A DNA stretch of 64,000 nucleotides from Parcubacteria bacterium C7867-004 (lineage in GTDB: Bacteria > Patescibacteriota > Minisyncoccia > Phycocordibacterales > Phycocordibacteraceae). A program made the translations under genes and the position numbers. This document shows, in pieces, positions 1 through 8,815 of this stretch; position 1 is the first letter of the stretch; each line of letters starts with the position of its first letter. The DNA is taken from NCBI GenBank assembly GCA_001189075.1, contig LFCN01000006.1, forward strand, positions 588,866 through 652,865, read 5' to 3'. The notes under the pieces are model-generated. The model worked only from the letters and a program-made list of their open reading frames with translations. It had not been told where the DNA came from and searched no databases.

Positions 1-2
1 AG

Positions 3-2171
3 GAGGTCGGGTACAACGCCCGTGCCCAGATACACATCATTGTATGTATGAAGGTAGCCGCCCTCATTCATCACGCCCGATACGATGACATCCATGGTGC
101 CGTCACCGTCGACCTCTACTGTGCGGGAACCGACCTCGACGGAGTTAGCAGAGAAAGGAGCATCGAGTTCTCTTCCAGGAGCTATAACCCATTCGGTTCC
201 GGTATTAAGATAAACGTCATTCTCAACCCAATGTGAAGATGGGGTGTTGTCTTCAAGCCAAGCTGCGAGGCCGATATCCACAAGGCCGTCGTTATTCAAA
301 TCTGCAAGACGTACCGAGGTGTCTCTACCGGGTGGTATAGGGACAGTCCACGTTGTGCTCGTCGCCCAGGTGCTTCCGGTGTTCATGTACACGATGTCAG
401 CCGGACCGTAAGACGAGTCGTGGCCACTGATTATGTCATCGAGCCCATCGGCATTCACATCGGCAATGCGTGCGCCCGTGTCGCTCTTTATCGCACTCGT
501 GAAGATGGTTGGAATTGTCCAGCCTGTATCGAGCGTCCATCCATGCCCATTGTTTATATAAACCTGCTTGGTAATTGTTACTGGCGGAGAATTTGGATTT
601 GTCTCATACGAGCGCACTATGTCGATCAGTCCGTCTCCGTTCAGGTCAGCGAATCGAGTACCGACATCCTTATAGCTATCGATGATGGTCACTGGATTAG
701 TCCATGCAGAACTTGTTGCCCAACCATTCCCTGTATTCAAAAGAACCGTTGAATTACAAATAAAGTCGGGCAAGGAGTCTCCGTTAACGTCTGTGACTCG
801 CGTACCCAGATCTCGTTGTGAGGAGGCGAATAATTCGGTAACGACGCACGGAGGAGCCCAGGTAGCGTTTTGGGTCCAACCGGAGCCGTTGTTGATGTAG
901 CCTATTTTTGTTGTACCCGAAACGTCCTTAAACGAACGTAGAATGTCAGTGAGAGCATCACCATTTACGTCTGCTAGCGTGATCCCGTAGTAATCGTATT
1001 CGTCATTAACAAACGGGGTCGGTGCGGTAACGGCCGACTCGGTCCATTCAGACGTCGAAGTTGCGTAGCTGAACGTGGTCGGAAGGAATGCAGCCGTCGT
1101 GCTCGCTTCATCGCGGCCGGATTCCGTCACCGACGCAAGCATGAGACGGGAGCCGTTATCGCCATGCGTATACGAGAAGTCATAGCTGCGAACCCAGCCC
1201 CCGTTAACGCTCGTCTTGACCTGGCTTATCTTGTAGCGCGTCTTCACGCCGAACCCAGACTTGGTGGTCGTAGCCGTTGAGGTAGCCCGTAGGTCTTTTG
1301 TGAAATCGACTGCGAAGATGCCGCCAGTGCCGTTGGTGCCGGTGTAGTTGATGGAAGCTGGATAAACCTGCCCTAGATCCTTTGAATAGGTGTAATTAAC
1401 GGTATTGCCGTTCGTATCCTTCGTTTCCTCGAGGTACCACCGATACGCTTTCGAGGAGTCAGACGGATTATCCTGCCGGGACCCTGCCGCAGTCCCATAC
1501 TTATAGGTCATCCCGTTCTTATCGGTAACGATCCACGCATTGCTTGCAAACGCGTATTCCATATAGGAACCGTCGTCGCTTCGGGAGTAAAAGACAGCCG
1601 CGTTCGAGGTCGTCGCGAGCTCGCCCGAAAGCGAGGAATAGAAATGCGGAGAGGTTGTGCTGTATAGATCCTCGAGGCCTTCGACGTTATACCGCTCGAT
1701 ATAGGGGATGGAGATGTCCCAACCGTACCCGAAAGGACTTCCCTCATCCTTGGACTGGCTAGAGTATGAGAGCTTCAGGTTCGGTTCCATCCCGTTCCTT
1801 CCTGGGGGTACGGTGATCGGGTAGTCATAGGTGAAGGCCCCTGAAGCTGACGATTTGTCACTTCGTCCTTCATCTGCGCCCGAATCGCGCAGATAGTACG
1901 GAAGTTGCTCGTCTACCACTGCCGATAGGCTCATTGGACCCGATGGAACGATAGTCGGGGCCTTCATGCCGCCAGACGCATCCTGCTTCTCTCCTTTCTG
2001 CGGAGCCGGGACCTTGGTTGGCGACTGCGTTTTTACTTCCGGAGCGGCCTTCTGTGGAGAATCAGCTTTAGCAAAACTTGCGGTCGGAGATAGGACGAAT
2101 GAAAAAAGCAGCAAAGATGCTGCTCCTCTCCGCAGGATTTTATCTACACCTTTTAGCCGTCTCAACTTCAT
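3..2171 (-). CDS. SpvB/TcB-like N-terminal domain plus FG-GAP repeat protein, probably an RHS/YD toxin-like protein; 3' part lies outside the window
   Basis: Missing from the ORF track because there is no stop in the window. Manual translation from ATG 2171: MKLRRLKGVDKILRRGAASLLLFSFVLSPTASFA (signal-like), then SGAFTYDYPITVPPGRNGMEPNLKLSYSS..PFGYGWDISIPYIER, WYLEETKDTNGNTVNYTY, and repeated DVNGDxLxD/DLNGDGLID motifs. Confidence 0.9.
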   Translation of the reverse strand, partial: MKLRRLKGVDKILRRGAASLLLFSFVLSPTASFAKADSPQKAAPEVKTQSPTKVPAPQKGEKQDASGGMKAPTIVPSGPMSLSAVVDEQLPYYLRDSGADEGRSDKSSASGAFTYDYPITVPPGRNGMEPNLKLSYSSQSKDEGSPFGYGWDISIPYIERYNVEGLEDLYSTTSPHFYSSLSGELATTSNAAVFYSRSDDGSYMEYAFASNAWIVTDKNGMTYKYGTAAGSRQDNPSDSSKAYRWYLEETKDTNGNTVNYTYSKDLGQVYPASINYTGTNGTGGIFAVDFTKDLRATSTATTTKSGFGVKTRYKISQVKTSVNGGWVRSYDFSYTHGDNGSRLMLASVTESGRDEASTTAAFLPTTFSYATSTSEWTESAVTAPTPFVNDEYDYYGITLADVNGDALTDILRSFKDVSGTTKIGYINNGSGWTQNATWAPPCVVTELFASSQRDLGTRVTDVNGDSLPDFICNSTVLLNTGNGWATSSAWTNPVTIIDSYKDVGTRFADLNGDGLIDIVRSYETNPNSPPVTITKQVYINNGHGWTLDTGWTIPTIFTSAIKSDTGARIADVNADGLDDIISGHDSSYGPADIVYMNTGSTWATSTTWTVPIPPGRDTSVRLADLNNDGLVDIGLAAWLEDNTPSSHWVENDVYLNTGTEWVIAPGRELDAPFSANSVEVGSRTVEVDGDGTMDVIVSGVMNEGGYLHTYNDVYLGTGVVPDL

Positions 2172-2277
2172 GAAACTACCCTCAACCTAGCACCTTGCGT
2201 ATAGATCCCCTTCCATGGCCTGTTGATAACCCTAGAAAACCGCCCTCTGGCGGCTTCTGCGTTTATTTGTTGCGGCT

Positions 2278-2562
2278 CTAAGTCTTGCCAAGGGCACTAA
2301 ATCTGATTTTTCCAGCAAGAATACCCTCTCCACTAGGCCTGTTTGTTGGTCCTGGAAGTTCTTGCTCTACGGGAGGCGGCAAGATAATGATGATAAAAAT
2401 AGGAGTTGCCAACAGGAACGACACGTAAACCCACTTGAGAAGCTTCCTTTTGTGTGGTCCTGCGCTCATGGGTCTAGTGTAGCCTAATACTTTCTCTGCG
2501 AAAATGAGCTTGGCTGTTTTGGGAATAACCTCTTCTGTTTTGAAGAAGCCGTCTAACCACAT
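2278..2562 (-). CDS. possible small single-TM hypothetical protein
   Basis: ORF in an AT-richer stretch with one hydrophobic segment (WVYVSFLLATPIFIIIIL); start uncertain. Confidence 0.3.
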   Translation of the reverse strand: MWLDGFFKTEEVIPKTAKLIFAEKVLGYTRPMSAGPHKRKLLKWVYVSFLLATPIFIIIILPPPVEQELPGPTNRPSGEGILAGKIRFSALGKT

Positions 2563-2812
2563 CTACCGCTCTATGCTCTTCCGTTCTGAATGAGAACATC
2601 CGGAAATAGACCGAGGATGCCACTGAACTGCAATTCGCTCTTAATGAGTGGCCAGTTTGCTACTCTAAACTTCTCTAGCAAGAGTTCTGAACTTGTCCAC
2701 GAGGGGGAGCAAATGAAAACGGCGCCTTTCTGGCGCCGCACTCTTGGCCACAAGACCGACACTTTTTGAAAATGTGCTATGTTGTCCTCGAACCTGAACT
2801 GGGAGCAGTACG

Positions 2813-3109
2813 ATGAAAGTACGGTCTGTCCGAATCTTCAACCAAGACGGGACTGAGAGCATACCTGCTCTTCTCATTCCCGCTGAGGAATACGCGATCG
2901 TCGTGGAAGCCCACCCGAATGATCACGGTCGGCGTTTCCCCCTGAATGGCCGGAGTCGCCTGTACTTCTTGGGCGGACTGAAGACCGAACCGCTTGAGGA
3001 ATTCGATCTTTCCGACGAAATGGCCCAGTGCGCGGCGGAATACGTTCGCGCCGTGCAAGCGCTCGAGTTCCTCGCGAGCCCTATGAATGGCTGGTTGCCC
3101 GAGCCTTGA
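2813..3109 (+). CDS. orphan hypothetical protein (SD-led cassette)
   Basis: 98 aa; GGGAG at 2801-2805; terminator directly after the stop. Confidence 0.75.
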   Translation: MKVRSVRIFNQDGTESIPALLIPAEEYAIVVEAHPNDHGRRFPLNGRSRLYFLGGLKTEPLEEFDLSDEMAQCAAEYVRAVQALEFLASPMNGWLPEP

Positions 3110-3140
3110 ACCGTCTCTAACTATGAGACGGTTTTCTTTT
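3109..3140 (+). terminator. intrinsic terminator
   Basis: AACCGTCTC-taactat-GAGACGGTT plus T tract. Confidence 0.8.
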
Positions 3141-3468
3141 ACGCCTTCCCACTCAGCTTCTCTAGAGCCCTCGCCTTGTACCCCTCGGCCACGCGACGTA
3201 CAATCTCGCTCCTGACCTCCGTATTCACGAGCGCCTGCGGGTACCCTGCAGGGATATCAGTTTCCGAGGCCGTAAGAGCGTCCAGCCTCTTCTCAACCAT
3301 CGACTCAATGCTTTCTCCGCTGAATGCGGGATCCTCGAATATGCGGTCGTCACTGAGCCGGCCAGCGAAATAGTTCAGCATCGGCTGCATTCCAGGATCG
3401 TTTAGAACGCTCCCTTCCCCTGCCTCTGAAACTCCTTCCACTGCAGCTCGTCGTTCAGGATTTCCCAT
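3139..3468 (-). CDS. hypothetical protein
   Basis: 109 aa charged helical ORF converging on the 3109-3140 hairpin. Confidence 0.65.
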   Translation of the reverse strand: MGNPERRAAVEGVSEAGEGSVLNDPGMQPMLNYFAGRLSDDRIFEDPAFSGESIESMVEKRLDALTASETDIPAGYPQALVNTEVRSEIVRRVAEGYKARALEKLSGKA

Positions 3469-3549
3469 ACATAGTCATTTAGGTCTATGCCTGAAGTATG
3501 ACACCTTCATAAACCCTATCTGGGGATAAGCACCATAAGTGGCCGTATA

Positions 3550-3651
3550 TTGACAAATTCAATATATTGTGCGACTTTTGAACAGCGCCTACATTCGGCG
3601 CTGTTCTTTTAAGGAGGAAGTCACATGACTATCTGTCAACGTATAAGGTAG
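3550..3651 (+). promoter_or_regulatory. TTGACA promoter, 5' hairpin with U tract, SD-led 8-codon mini-ORF
   Basis: TTGACA 3550-3555; GAACAGCGCC-tacattc-GGCGCTGTTC-TTTT at 3580-3610; AAGGAGG then ATG 3625 (MTICQRIR*). Confidence 0.5.
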
Positions 3652-3769
3652 CCGCTCATTGCGCGCTGCATTCAGATTGAGAACAACTCTCTGGTGATGG
3701 GCGCGCACGCGTCTATCACAGTTGCAACCCCGACGAGCAAGGATTCGTCGACCCAACACGGAGAGTGTC

Positions 3770-4714
3770 ATGACCTACAACCAACGTTCCAACGTCCGTC
3801 CCCTGCCCTCGAGCATGCCGGAATTCATCCTGGTCAACATCGCTCGGTCGGCCTTCAAAGGCCAACTGCAGTGGAAAGCGACCTACCGGCTGTACGACAA
3901 CGGACGCGCCAGCGACGACATCGACGTCGTCGTGAACTTCAATTCCTACGTCTGGCCCCAGTCCGACCATGATGTCTGGTGGTGGGTGAAGCCTGTGAGC
4001 ATGGCGCCTCAACAGCGCCTGGTCTTCGCCGAAGCGGTTCAGCGCTTGGACACGCACGATGCACCGCTCACGGTGCGCACGCATGACCAACTCGTTCTCG
4101 ACTTCGTTTGGTCGGAGGATGAGAAGCGCTATGTCGCTCACCTTGATGGCTGGAAGGTCGTCTTCTCGAGTGATCACGTCGCGCGCGCCGAATCCTGGCG
4201 CGTCGAGGTGACTGACATCCGTCTTGCGACCGGGATTATCCTCACCCGGCCCATCGGACCCAGTCCGAAGGCCGTGTACCGGCCGCCGGCGAACGTCGGC
4301 TACCTCTCGCTGACCCCGCTCTACGAACCGGGCGGGACCATCGAGACTGATGCGCTCACGTACTCGAGCTGGTGCAACGATCGTCAAGGCGCAAGTCTTA
4401 CGGTCCATGTCGAGCATGAGGGCAAGATTCTCAGGCTCGAATGCACGCAGCTCAGGCTCCGGGGGAAACAACTCCTCGGATTCGTCAGCCATCCCGGCCG
4501 GTACCCATACCTCGCGGAGCTCGTGCTCCTTGAGGGCCAGCCGGTCGGACTTCCTGAGGCTCCATACTGTCCTCCTGCCACTCCCCCGCGGTTCAGGAGC
4601 AGGATGAGCTTCCGTGAGCAGAGCTTCTATGAAGCTGATGCGGAAGAGGACTACCGGGACTACCTCGCGGAGATCCGAGAAAACGAGGAGTGGCCCGTCT
4701 ACGATTGGGACTGA
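3770..4714 (+). CDS. orphan hypothetical protein, 314 aa, acidic C-terminus (SD-led cassette)
   Basis: Long ORF with GC-rich third positions; GGAGAG 3760-3765 before ATG 3770; terminator follows. Confidence 0.85.
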   Translation: MTYNQRSNVRPLPSSMPEFILVNIARSAFKGQLQWKATYRLYDNGRASDDIDVVVNFNSYVWPQSDHDVWWWVKPVSMAPQQRLVFAEAVQRLDTHDAPLTVRTHDQLVLDFVWSEDEKRYVAHLDGWKVVFSSDHVARAESWRVEVTDIRLATGIILTRPIGPSPKAVYRPPANVGYLSLTPLYEPGGTIETDALTYSSWCNDRQGASLTVHVEHEGKILRLECTQLRLRGKQLLGFVSHPGRYPYLAELVLLEGQPVGLPEAPYCPPATPPRFRSRMSFREQSFYEADAEEDYRDYLAEIRENEEWPVYDWD

Positions 4715-4735
4715 GAACAGTCCCTCGACACCACT

Positions 4736-4767
4736 GCGCCTGGCGGCAACGCCGGGCGCTTTCTTTT
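4736..4767 (+). terminator. intrinsic terminator
   Basis: GCGCCTGGCG-GCAA-CGCCGGGCGC-TTTCTTTT. Confidence 0.85.
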
Positions 4768-4920
4768 ATCCATTGACCTCACAAAGCAGCTTCATGAAGC
4801 TCTGGAAGTAAGCTATTGAAAGCCTTTTAGTGCTCCGTAGATTGACTTATGCTAGATACTGTAATATGAATATGCCCATGCGGGGGGACTAATTCCGCCA
4901 CGCTAAACAGAGGGTTTGAA

Positions 4921-5121
4921 ATGACCAAGTTCTTAAAGATCGCCAAGAACGGCCTCGTGGCTGGCGCCCTGGCGCTGAGCATGACCGCCGTCCCGGCCGC
5001 CGCCGACCCGTTCACGCTCGACCCGCTGCCGGGCGACACGACCTGCTGGGTCCTGCAGCCCGACGGCACCGTCGCGCACGAGCAGTGCCCGCCGGAGGAG
5101 TTCCCGTTCGGCCCGTTCTAA
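4921..5121 (+). CDS. small secreted peptide with two Cys (SD-led cassette)
   Basis: Sec signal MTKFLKIAKNGLVAGALALSMTAVPAAA, mature part about 38 aa; TTGACT 4842; GAGGG SD; terminator 5167-5196. Confidence 0.8.
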   Translation: MTKFLKIAKNGLVAGALALSMTAVPAAADPFTLDPLPGDTTCWVLQPDGTVAHEQCPPEEFPFGPF

Positions 5122-5166
5122 GGACTGACGGCGACAACACAAACGAGCATGCATGCCATGCTCACG

Positions 5167-5196
5167 AGGGGTCCCGGAGCAATTCGGGGCCCTTTT
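5167..5196 (+). terminator. intrinsic terminator
   Basis: GGGTCCCGGA-GCAA-TTCGGGGCCC-TTTT. Confidence 0.8.
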
Positions 5197-5211
5197 GCGT
5201 TTTCTCTACGG

Positions 5212-7602
5212 TTACCCGAAGACCGCTTGTACGATGCTCGAGAAGAATCCGCAGATAGCTGCGAGTATTCCCATGATCCAATCCCCTATAGATCCCGCTG
5301 TTTCTCCAACCGCTGCTACGAGCGAGTTCGGATTAAGTGCGAGCTTTTTCTCATTTTCTGCTGCACTTGTTTTGGTTGTAGGGTAAGCACCTGCTCCGGA
5401 CCCATCGATCGCCGAACCCGACTTCGGATGAAGATCGTATTTCTGATTCACTCGGTCGAAGAGCTTGAAAGCAGCTACCGGATCCGTGACCGTTTGGTTG
5501 TTTTCATAGGTGACGTCTCCCGCTCGTATGTAGCCGACAGCGATATTATTCGAAACCTTTACGCGGACCGGAAGCGGAGTACCTCCCTTAGCTGCTGGTA
5601 TGGAGATCCATGTCGCTCGCCCATTCGTAGTGCTGTTAACCACGGTGTTGTGGTCGACGAGTCCGTCCGCGATACCGTAGAGCGAGATGCCGTGCCAGTG
5701 CGAGGTTATCACGACATTGCCCGTAACCTTCATGTTCGTCACCAATCCGTCGAAGAGCGCGATTCCTTGCATCGCGGAATCGAACGGACGATTAACGTCC
5801 GTGCTCTCCTGGAACCAGTTGTCCTCGATGCGGATATTGTTGAAGACTGCCCCACCAAGCGCGAATATCTGCAGGCCGTCGTCATGGTTCGCGTCCCCGT
5901 CTTCCTGTCCCGCGTACTGATCGAAGAGCTTGTTATCCCGGACCGTGATATCGGAGCCGAGTGTCACGAATCCGTCCGCGGAGAAATTGCGAATGACGTT
6001 ACCTTCTACCAGTACCTTCGTCGAATTCGCCGAGGGAGTGAGGCCCTGCTTAATGACGCCGATCCCGCCGCGCATGTTCGTGAGCGAGTTATCAACGATC
6101 GCGACGCAGGTCGAGTTATGCGCCTGCATTCCCGAGGTTGCGGTCGATATCCAATCGGTTACCGTCCATCCCGCCGTGCTCTTGGTGGTGTACAGGTTCC
6201 CGTCACCTACCACCACGTTACTAACCTGATCCATCCACATCAGCAGCGATGTAACCGACTGTTTAGCCGTAAGCTCCGGTCCGGTAACGATGATCCTCGA
6301 GACCTTTTGCAGCGGCATGCTCTCGCCGATGGCACCTGATCGGAACTCGAACCACGTCCACGCGCTTCCGCTCGTGAGAAGCGGTGCGGTGCGGTCGGTT
6401 ACGGCGATCTTGCCGTGATATCCCGGAAGCAGGATGACGTGATCTCCTGGCTGGATCTTCTTGGTGAGGAGCGCGGTAGCGATTGACTTGTACGGCGCGT
6501 TACTCGCTCCGGTACCGGTATCCGATCCGTTAACCGGGTCTATGTATACTTCGCGCGCGTAGGTAGATGCCGGGGACTCGCAGCCAGTATAGACGGCATA
6601 GCGAGGAGGACCACCCGAACTTGGCGCAGGGTCCGGAGTCGGAGGAACAGGATCCGGGACGGGTACTGGAGTCGGATCAGGTACAGGAACAGGCGGTACT
6701 GGCAAAGGGACGGGATCCGGTACGGTAGGAACCGGATCGGGAGTCGGCACCGGCGCATCATCCGCAACCTCCGGCGGAACCTCTTGCGCAGAATCAACCG
6801 AAAGTCGTACGGTGTCGGTTATGGTCCCGAGCGCATTGCTACAGGTAAGCGAATATTTAACGCTTTCCGGTGACGTGACGTTAACCGAGCCGGAAAGCGC
6901 TCCACCGGTATCAAATCCTTTCGAGGTACAGGTATCGCTCAGTTCTGTCTTCCAGCTGAGCTTAACTGCGACATTCGGTTTCGTGTTGGATGGGGCGAGC
7001 TCTAGTTCTACTCTCGGCTTTCCGGATGTGGTGGGACGAGTGGGTGCCGCTGGGGTAGCGGGAGCCGATGCGGGAGTACTTGGCGTAGTGGGTGCGGTAA
7101 CAACAGTTGTCGGCTTCGACACGCTTCCCGATCCCCCTCCCGACGCACCGCTACCTGATCCCGAGGATGCTTTAGGCGCAGTAGCGACCGCAGGAGAGGT
7201 CGTCGCGAATGTATAGGTATAGGTGCGATCCTTGGGGGACACCTGCGGAATCAAGAGATCAATCGGCGAACTGCTAGCGGTGCGCATGCTCGCGAAGAAG
7301 CCGTTACCTCCTGCTTCCTCGACGTACAGTCCGACACCCGCAAGGACAATAATCGCGGTATAGAACGCTATGGAGAGCTTGAAGCCGGAGTTCCCTTTGC
7401 TTGCAGCCGATGACGATGCGCTCAATACCGAGTCAGTGATGCCGAACGCTGATTTGGAGGTCTTGAGTTTCTGGATGGCGAGCGCGCCATGGATGTCTTC
7501 AACCGTCCATTCGCTTCCCGAAAGTGCTTGGACAACCGCGTCATCCCCGGAGCCCTTCTTGAGTTCCTCTTGCACGCGTTCGATCAATTTCTGGTCAGCC
7601 AT
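5212..7602 (-). CDS. membrane-anchored surface protein: S/T/P-rich linkers plus right-handed beta-helix (pectin lyase-like) domain
   Basis: 796 aa; TM near aa 75-93; YIDPVNGSDTGTGASNAPYKSI start motif; repeating I/V-x-x-N-x-I beta-helix pattern; NHDDGLQ. Confidence 0.9.
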   Translation of the reverse strand: MADQKLIERVQEELKKGSGDDAVVQALSGSEWTVEDIHGALAIQKLKTSKSAFGITDSVLSASSSAASKGNSGFKLSIAFYTAIIVLAGVGLYVEEAGGNGFFASMRTASSSPIDLLIPQVSPKDRTYTYTFATTSPAVATAPKASSGSGSGASGGGSGSVSKPTTVVTAPTTPSTPASAPATPAAPTRPTTSGKPRVELELAPSNTKPNVAVKLSWKTELSDTCTSKGFDTGGALSGSVNVTSPESVKYSLTCSNALGTITDTVRLSVDSAQEVPPEVADDAPVPTPDPVPTVPDPVPLPVPPVPVPDPTPVPVPDPVPPTPDPAPSSGGPPRYAVYTGCESPASTYAREVYIDPVNGSDTGTGASNAPYKSIATALLTKKIQPGDHVILLPGYHGKIAVTDRTAPLLTSGSAWTWFEFRSGAIGESMPLQKVSRIIVTGPELTAKQSVTSLLMWMDQVSNVVVGDGNLYTTKSTAGWTVTDWISTATSGMQAHNSTCVAIVDNSLTNMRGGIGVIKQGLTPSANSTKVLVEGNVIRNFSADGFVTLGSDITVRDNKLFDQYAGQEDGDANHDDGLQIFALGGAVFNNIRIEDNWFQESTDVNRPFDSAMQGIALFDGLVTNMKVTGNVVITSHWHGISLYGIADGLVDHNTVVNSTTNGRATWISIPAAKGGTPLPVRVKVSNNIAVGYIRAGDVTYENNQTVTDPVAAFKLFDRVNQKYDLHPKSGSAIDGSGAGAYPTTKTSAAENEKKLALNPNSLVAAVGETAGSIGDWIMGILAAICGFFSSIVQAVFG
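6620..6770 (-). repeat. Pro-rich coding tandem repeat (PVPTPDPVP-like)
   Basis: Translation APVPTPDPVPTVPDPVPLPVPPVPVPDPTPVPVPDPVPPTPDPAP. Confidence 0.8.
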
Positions 7603-7756
7603 GGATACGGGATTAGGGTATTCAAACTATACCAGTAGTTTCGGGCCAAGAATTTGATACCCCCTCCCCTCGAGACTAATCCCACGGGCATATTCCCGAG
7701 CCAGATTGGCGGTTCTGTAGTATCGTTAGCACAATCACTAATAAATCGAACACGGT

Positions 7757-7864
7757 ATGGGAAAGAACAGCCACGGCGTAAGCCCGAAGAAGATACGCAA
7801 ATCGCCTCCGAAGACCAAGAAGCGTCTTGCGATAAAGGCGGCGAGGAGGATCGCGGATAAGTAG
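7757..7864 (+). CDS. 35-aa highly basic small protein
   Basis: MGKNSHGVSPKKIRKSPPKTKKRLAIKAARRIADK*; below the ORF-track cutoff; followed by a bidirectional terminator. Confidence 0.7.
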   Translation: MGKNSHGVSPKKIRKSPPKTKKRLAIKAARRIADK

Positions 7865-7871
7865 CAGCACG

Positions 7872-7909
7872 AAAAGAAAGATCGCCCGGCTGTAGAGCTG
7901 GGCGATTTT
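7872..7909. terminator. bidirectional intrinsic terminator
   Basis: A tract-ATCGCCCGGC-tgtaga-GCTGGGCGAT-TTT between convergent genes. Confidence 0.8.
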
Positions 7910-7934
7910 GTTGGTTGTGGGAAGAGCGAATCGC

Positions 7935-8633
7935 TCAGACGAGGGCCAGGGCCCTTTGCCTCGAACGGATCATCCCACCAACGATGCCGAAGCCGACGAT
8001 CATCAGGGCCCAGGTGGCGGGCTCCGGGACCGTGGCCTCGCCGATCTGGAGACCGACGATGCCGTTCGGACCGACATCATCGCCGCCGACCACCGAGAAC
8101 GAGCTGAACTGGGCCATCCACAGGTTGGTGACGCCGCCCAGCTTCGTGAACTCCACGCCCGGGCCGTAGGTGATACCGGGGATCGGGCCGGTGAAGTAGC
8201 TCCACGGCAGCGCCACCTCGATGGTCCGGGGACCGTAGGCGATCTCGAAGCCGAGCGGCCCCGAGAAGCCGGGCCGGCCGAAGGACACGGCGTGGTTGTT
8301 GGTCAGGATGAACCCGAGATCAACCCCGTTGTCGTTCAGAGGATCGAGGTCGAAGTACACGTTCGCGAAGAGCGTGTCGACGGGCCCGCGCGACCTGAGC
8401 AGCAGATCCACGAAGCCTTCGCCACTGTAGGCGTAGACGTCGAAGACCGGGCCGTTGGTGTCGGCCGTGGGTGCACCGAAGTTGTGGACCGGGGCGAGCT
8501 CATTGAAGTGCGCCGTTACGGCCGGGAAGCCGTAAACGGGATCAATGGTGGCGTCGATGACGACCGCGCTCGCGGGAACCGCGAAGAGGAAGCCAGCGGA
8601 AAGCACGGCACTAACAAAGTGGGAGAAAGACAC
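7935..8633 (-). CDS. PEP-CTERM (PEPxxWA-CTERM type) sorting-signal protein
   Basis: Signal peptide; C-terminus VPEPATWALMIVGFGIVGGMIRSRQRALALV; GGAGG SD before GTG. Confidence 0.92.
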   Translation of the reverse strand: MSFSHFVSAVLSAGFLFAVPASAVVIDATIDPVYGFPAVTAHFNELAPVHNFGAPTADTNGPVFDVYAYSGEGFVDLLLRSRGPVDTLFANVYFDLDPLNDNGVDLGFILTNNHAVSFGRPGFSGPLGFEIAYGPRTIEVALPWSYFTGPIPGITYGPGVEFTKLGGVTNLWMAQFSSFSVVGGDDVGPNGIVGLQIGEATVPEPATWALMIVGFGIVGGMIRSRQRALALV

Positions 8634-8756
8634 TGCAGGCCTCCATGTTCTATGGGCTATCCGCGGAATGCGGACAGATCGATACTATCGAAGATCAGCG
8701 AGTACGGCTTATTTATATCGTAATTCACGGTTTTTTCAATAGTTCAAAACGTATAA

Positions 8757-8787
8757 AGAAAAAGACGCACCCCGGAGGATACGTCTT
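8757..8787 (-). terminator. intrinsic terminator
   Basis: Minus strand AAGACGTATCCTCCGGGGTGCGTCTT plus T tract. Confidence 0.7.
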
Positions 8788-8815
8788 GTGTCGTGGTGTC
8801 CGGCGAATGCCGGAC

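Noticed and set aside
48-2190. Short + strand ORFs in the first 2.2 kb
   Set aside because: All lie antisense to the open SpvB/FG-GAP frame
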